This document shows positions 61,803 to 64,000 of a stretch of 64,000 nt of DNA, piece after piece. Every line of letters starts with the position of its first letter. Position 1 is the stretch's first letter. Location: positions 21,322 to 85,321 of the forward strand of contig JBBRSB010000021.1 of the NCBI GenBank assembly GCA_038245785.1. Direction: 5' to 3'. The notes beneath the pieces are model-generated. The model saw only the letters and a list, made by a program, of their open reading frames with translations, was not told where the DNA came from and did not search any database. Made by a program: the position numbers and the translations under genes. Origin of the DNA: Gloeobacterales cyanobacterium (lineage in GTDB: Bacteria > Cyanobacteriota > Cyanobacteriia > Gloeobacterales > PMM-0068).

Positions 61803-62552
61803 TCAAATCTGTGCCATACCGCCATCGACAAACAATTCGATCCCGTTGACAAAGCTGCTGTCGTCTGACGCGAGAAAGACAACGGCTTTGGCAATCTCAT
61901 CGGGCGTACCGACTCGCCCTAGCGGAATGGTGACGGCTTGACTATCTATAAATTCCTGCAACTGCTCCTTGCTCAATCCCAACTGGTCGTAGCCAGGGGT
62001 TGGAACCATGCCCGGACTAATCGCATTGACTCGAATTTTGCGTTCTTTGAGGTCGAGTATCCAATTGCGGGCAAACGAGCGCACGGCAGCTTTGGTCGCA
62101 CTATAAACGCTAAGAGCTGGGGTGCCTACAGTAGCAGCAGTCGAGGCGTTCAGAATGATAGCAGCACCCTCTGGCAGCAGCGGCAATGCCTTCTGCACGG
62201 TGAATAGCAAACCTTTGACATTTGTGTTGAATGTTTTGTCAAAGTGTTCTTCGGAGATCGATCCCAGTGGAGCGATTTCGCCACCGCCAGCATTAGCAAA
62301 AATTACATCAATGTGCCCCTGCGCTTGCTTGATCGTGGCAAACAGGCGATCGAGGTCTTCCAGTTTGGAGACATCACTCTGAATACCCGTGACGTTTTTA
62401 CCAATAGCTTCCACAGCAGCATCCAGTTCGACTTGGCGACGACCCGTGATGTAGACATCGGCTCCCTCAGCGACAAACTGTTTGGCAGTAGCAAGACCGA
62501 TGCCGCTGCTTCCACCCGTAATCAGCGCGATTTTTCCTTCTAGCTTTCTCAT
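61803..62552 (-). CDS. SDR oxidoreductase
   Basis: [17 protein letters not shown]. Confidence 0.9.
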   Translation of the reverse strand: MRKLEGKIALITGGSSGIGLATAKQFVAEGADVYITGRRQVELDAAVEAIGKNVTGIQSDVSKLEDLDRLFATIKQAQGHIDVIFANAGGGEIAPLGSISEEHFDKTFNTNVKGLLFTVQKALPLLPEGAAIILNASTAATVGTPALSVYSATKAAVRSFARNWILDLKERKIRVNAISPGMVPTPGYDQLGLSKEQLQEFIDSQAVTIPLGRVGTPDEIAKAVVFLASDDSSFVNGIELFVDGGMAQI

Positions 62553-62683
62553 TGTGGTAAATCCTGTGGTGTGTAGAGTTGTTCGGAATAGCGGGTGTGA
62601 CGATAGGGTGGAGTCTGCGAACAAGGAAGGGAATAGCCTTCAATATTGTCAATTGCCAAGCATTCATGCAGGAGGTCTAATTT

Positions 62684-63688
62684 CTAACGTTTGTTATTCG
62701 TCAATGTCTGTTGCAGCGCAGTTACATCGGCGGGGTAGCGATCGCCTGCTGCTACTCCTTTTGGCGCAACGGCTTCAATCCGCTTCAGGTCATCTGCTGT
62801 CAAATGAATGTCTGTTGCCGCAACATTCTCCTCTAGATATTTGCGCTGCTTGGTGCCTGGAATGGGGACGATATCTTCTCCCTGAGCCAATAGCCAAGCC
62901 AAGGCAAGTTGACTGGGTGTTGCACCTTTTTCAGCCGCGATCGCCTTGATCTGCTCCACTAATTGCAGGTTTTTGTAGAAGTTCTCTCCCTGAAAGCGCG
63001 GGGAAAATCGGCGGTAGTCGTCTGCTGCAAAATCATTTGGGCTGGTGAATCGTCCTGACAGGAAACCCCGACCGAGCGGACTGTAGGGCACAAATCCGAT
63101 GCCCAACTCCCGTACTACAGGCAGAATCTCATCCTCTGGATCGCGACTCCACAGCGAATATTCTGTTTGCAACACTGAAATGGGGTGAACGGCATGAGCG
63201 CGCCGAATTGTGGCTGGAGTGGCTTCCGAAATCCCTAAATAGCGAACTTTTCCCTGCTGCACTAGTTCTGCCATTGCCCCAATTGTGTCTTCAATGGGCA
63301 CATTCGGATCGATCCGGTGCTGATAGTAAATATCGATCGTCTCCACACCCAACCGCTTGAGCGAGGCATCACATGCTTGACGCACATACTCCGGCTTACC
63401 GTTAATGCCGTTCCACCCGCCATCGGTTGATCGCACAATGCCAAATTTCGTGGCGATCGCCACCCGATCGCGGCGACCTTCGATCGCTTTGCCCACCAAC
63501 TTTTCATTGGTAAAGGGACCGTACATATCGGCAGTATCCAGTAAGGTAATGCCAAGTTCTAACGCCCGATGAATGGTGGCGATCGCTTCTTGATCGTCCT
63601 GTCCACCATAGAAATCAGACATGCCCATACAGCCCAATCCTAGTTTTGAAACAATAAGTCCTTGACGACCGAGTTTGCGTGTCTTCAT
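62684..63688 (-). CDS. Aldo/keto reductase
   Basis: GLGCMGM, DTADMYG, IATKFG, PIPGT. Confidence 0.93.
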   Translation of the reverse strand: MKTRKLGRQGLIVSKLGLGCMGMSDFYGGQDDQEAIATIHRALELGITLLDTADMYGPFTNEKLVGKAIEGRRDRVAIATKFGIVRSTDGGWNGINGKPEYVRQACDASLKRLGVETIDIYYQHRIDPNVPIEDTIGAMAELVQQGKVRYLGISEATPATIRRAHAVHPISVLQTEYSLWSRDPEDEILPVVRELGIGFVPYSPLGRGFLSGRFTSPNDFAADDYRRFSPRFQGENFYKNLQLVEQIKAIAAEKGATPSQLALAWLLAQGEDIVPIPGTKQRKYLEENVAATDIHLTADDLKRIEAVAPKGVAAGDRYPADVTALQQTLTNNKR

Positions 63689-64000
63689 GAGTATTCTCCT
63701 GAGTATGTGGTTATTTTCTCGATCGGTATCTGCACAGCTTCTCTCCCCACCCATTGCTTGAATTTGTCGAATAGTTGGATGCCTAAGCCAGGGAGCGATT
63801 GTCTGCCAAAGGAATGTCCTTCGTTATTGCGCGACAAAGCCGCCATCAACGGCGATCGATTAGAGCTCTTGCACGAATCAGGCTGGAACTTTTAGGAAGC
63901 GTTCAAAATTGGAGATCCCTGCTATCAGATTCAAACGCAATCCAAATCGCCGTCGTCGATTGCGATACGGTCCAGCTAGGATTCGAAACACTTTTAGCAC

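Overview
Cyanobacterial chromosome window. The first ~3 kb are core genes (3' part of relA/spoT, maf, ccmP). An IS481 element at 3310-4396 marks the start of a >59 kb mosaic accessory region. Most of its genes are on the minus strand and encode redox or detoxification enzymes (SDRs, NAD(P)H oxidoreductases, nitroreductases, AKR, GST, ALDH, TrxB-like, hydrolases, SnoaL/VOC proteins), interspersed with pseudogenes and IS remnants (IS256, IS6, IS110, IS5). Three signals stand out. (1) An IS110 left end carries an apparently intact IS621-type bridge RNA whose guides spell the target (A)GACAAG-CT-CAGGG; this matches its own flank and resembles a tiny dispersed repeat in the window. (2) A gap-free 51-bp upstream element occurs four times in front of cargo gene blocks, one copy divergent from an HTH-NB-ARC-WD40 (Apaf-1-like STAND) gene, suggesting a STAND-controlled regulon. 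(3) At least three families of 21-25 nt hairpin micro-elements are inserted inside genes and transposases, many at HIP1-like sites; they add peptides, cause one frameshift and supply one stop codon. All family assignments come from motif recognition by eye; no database searches were run.
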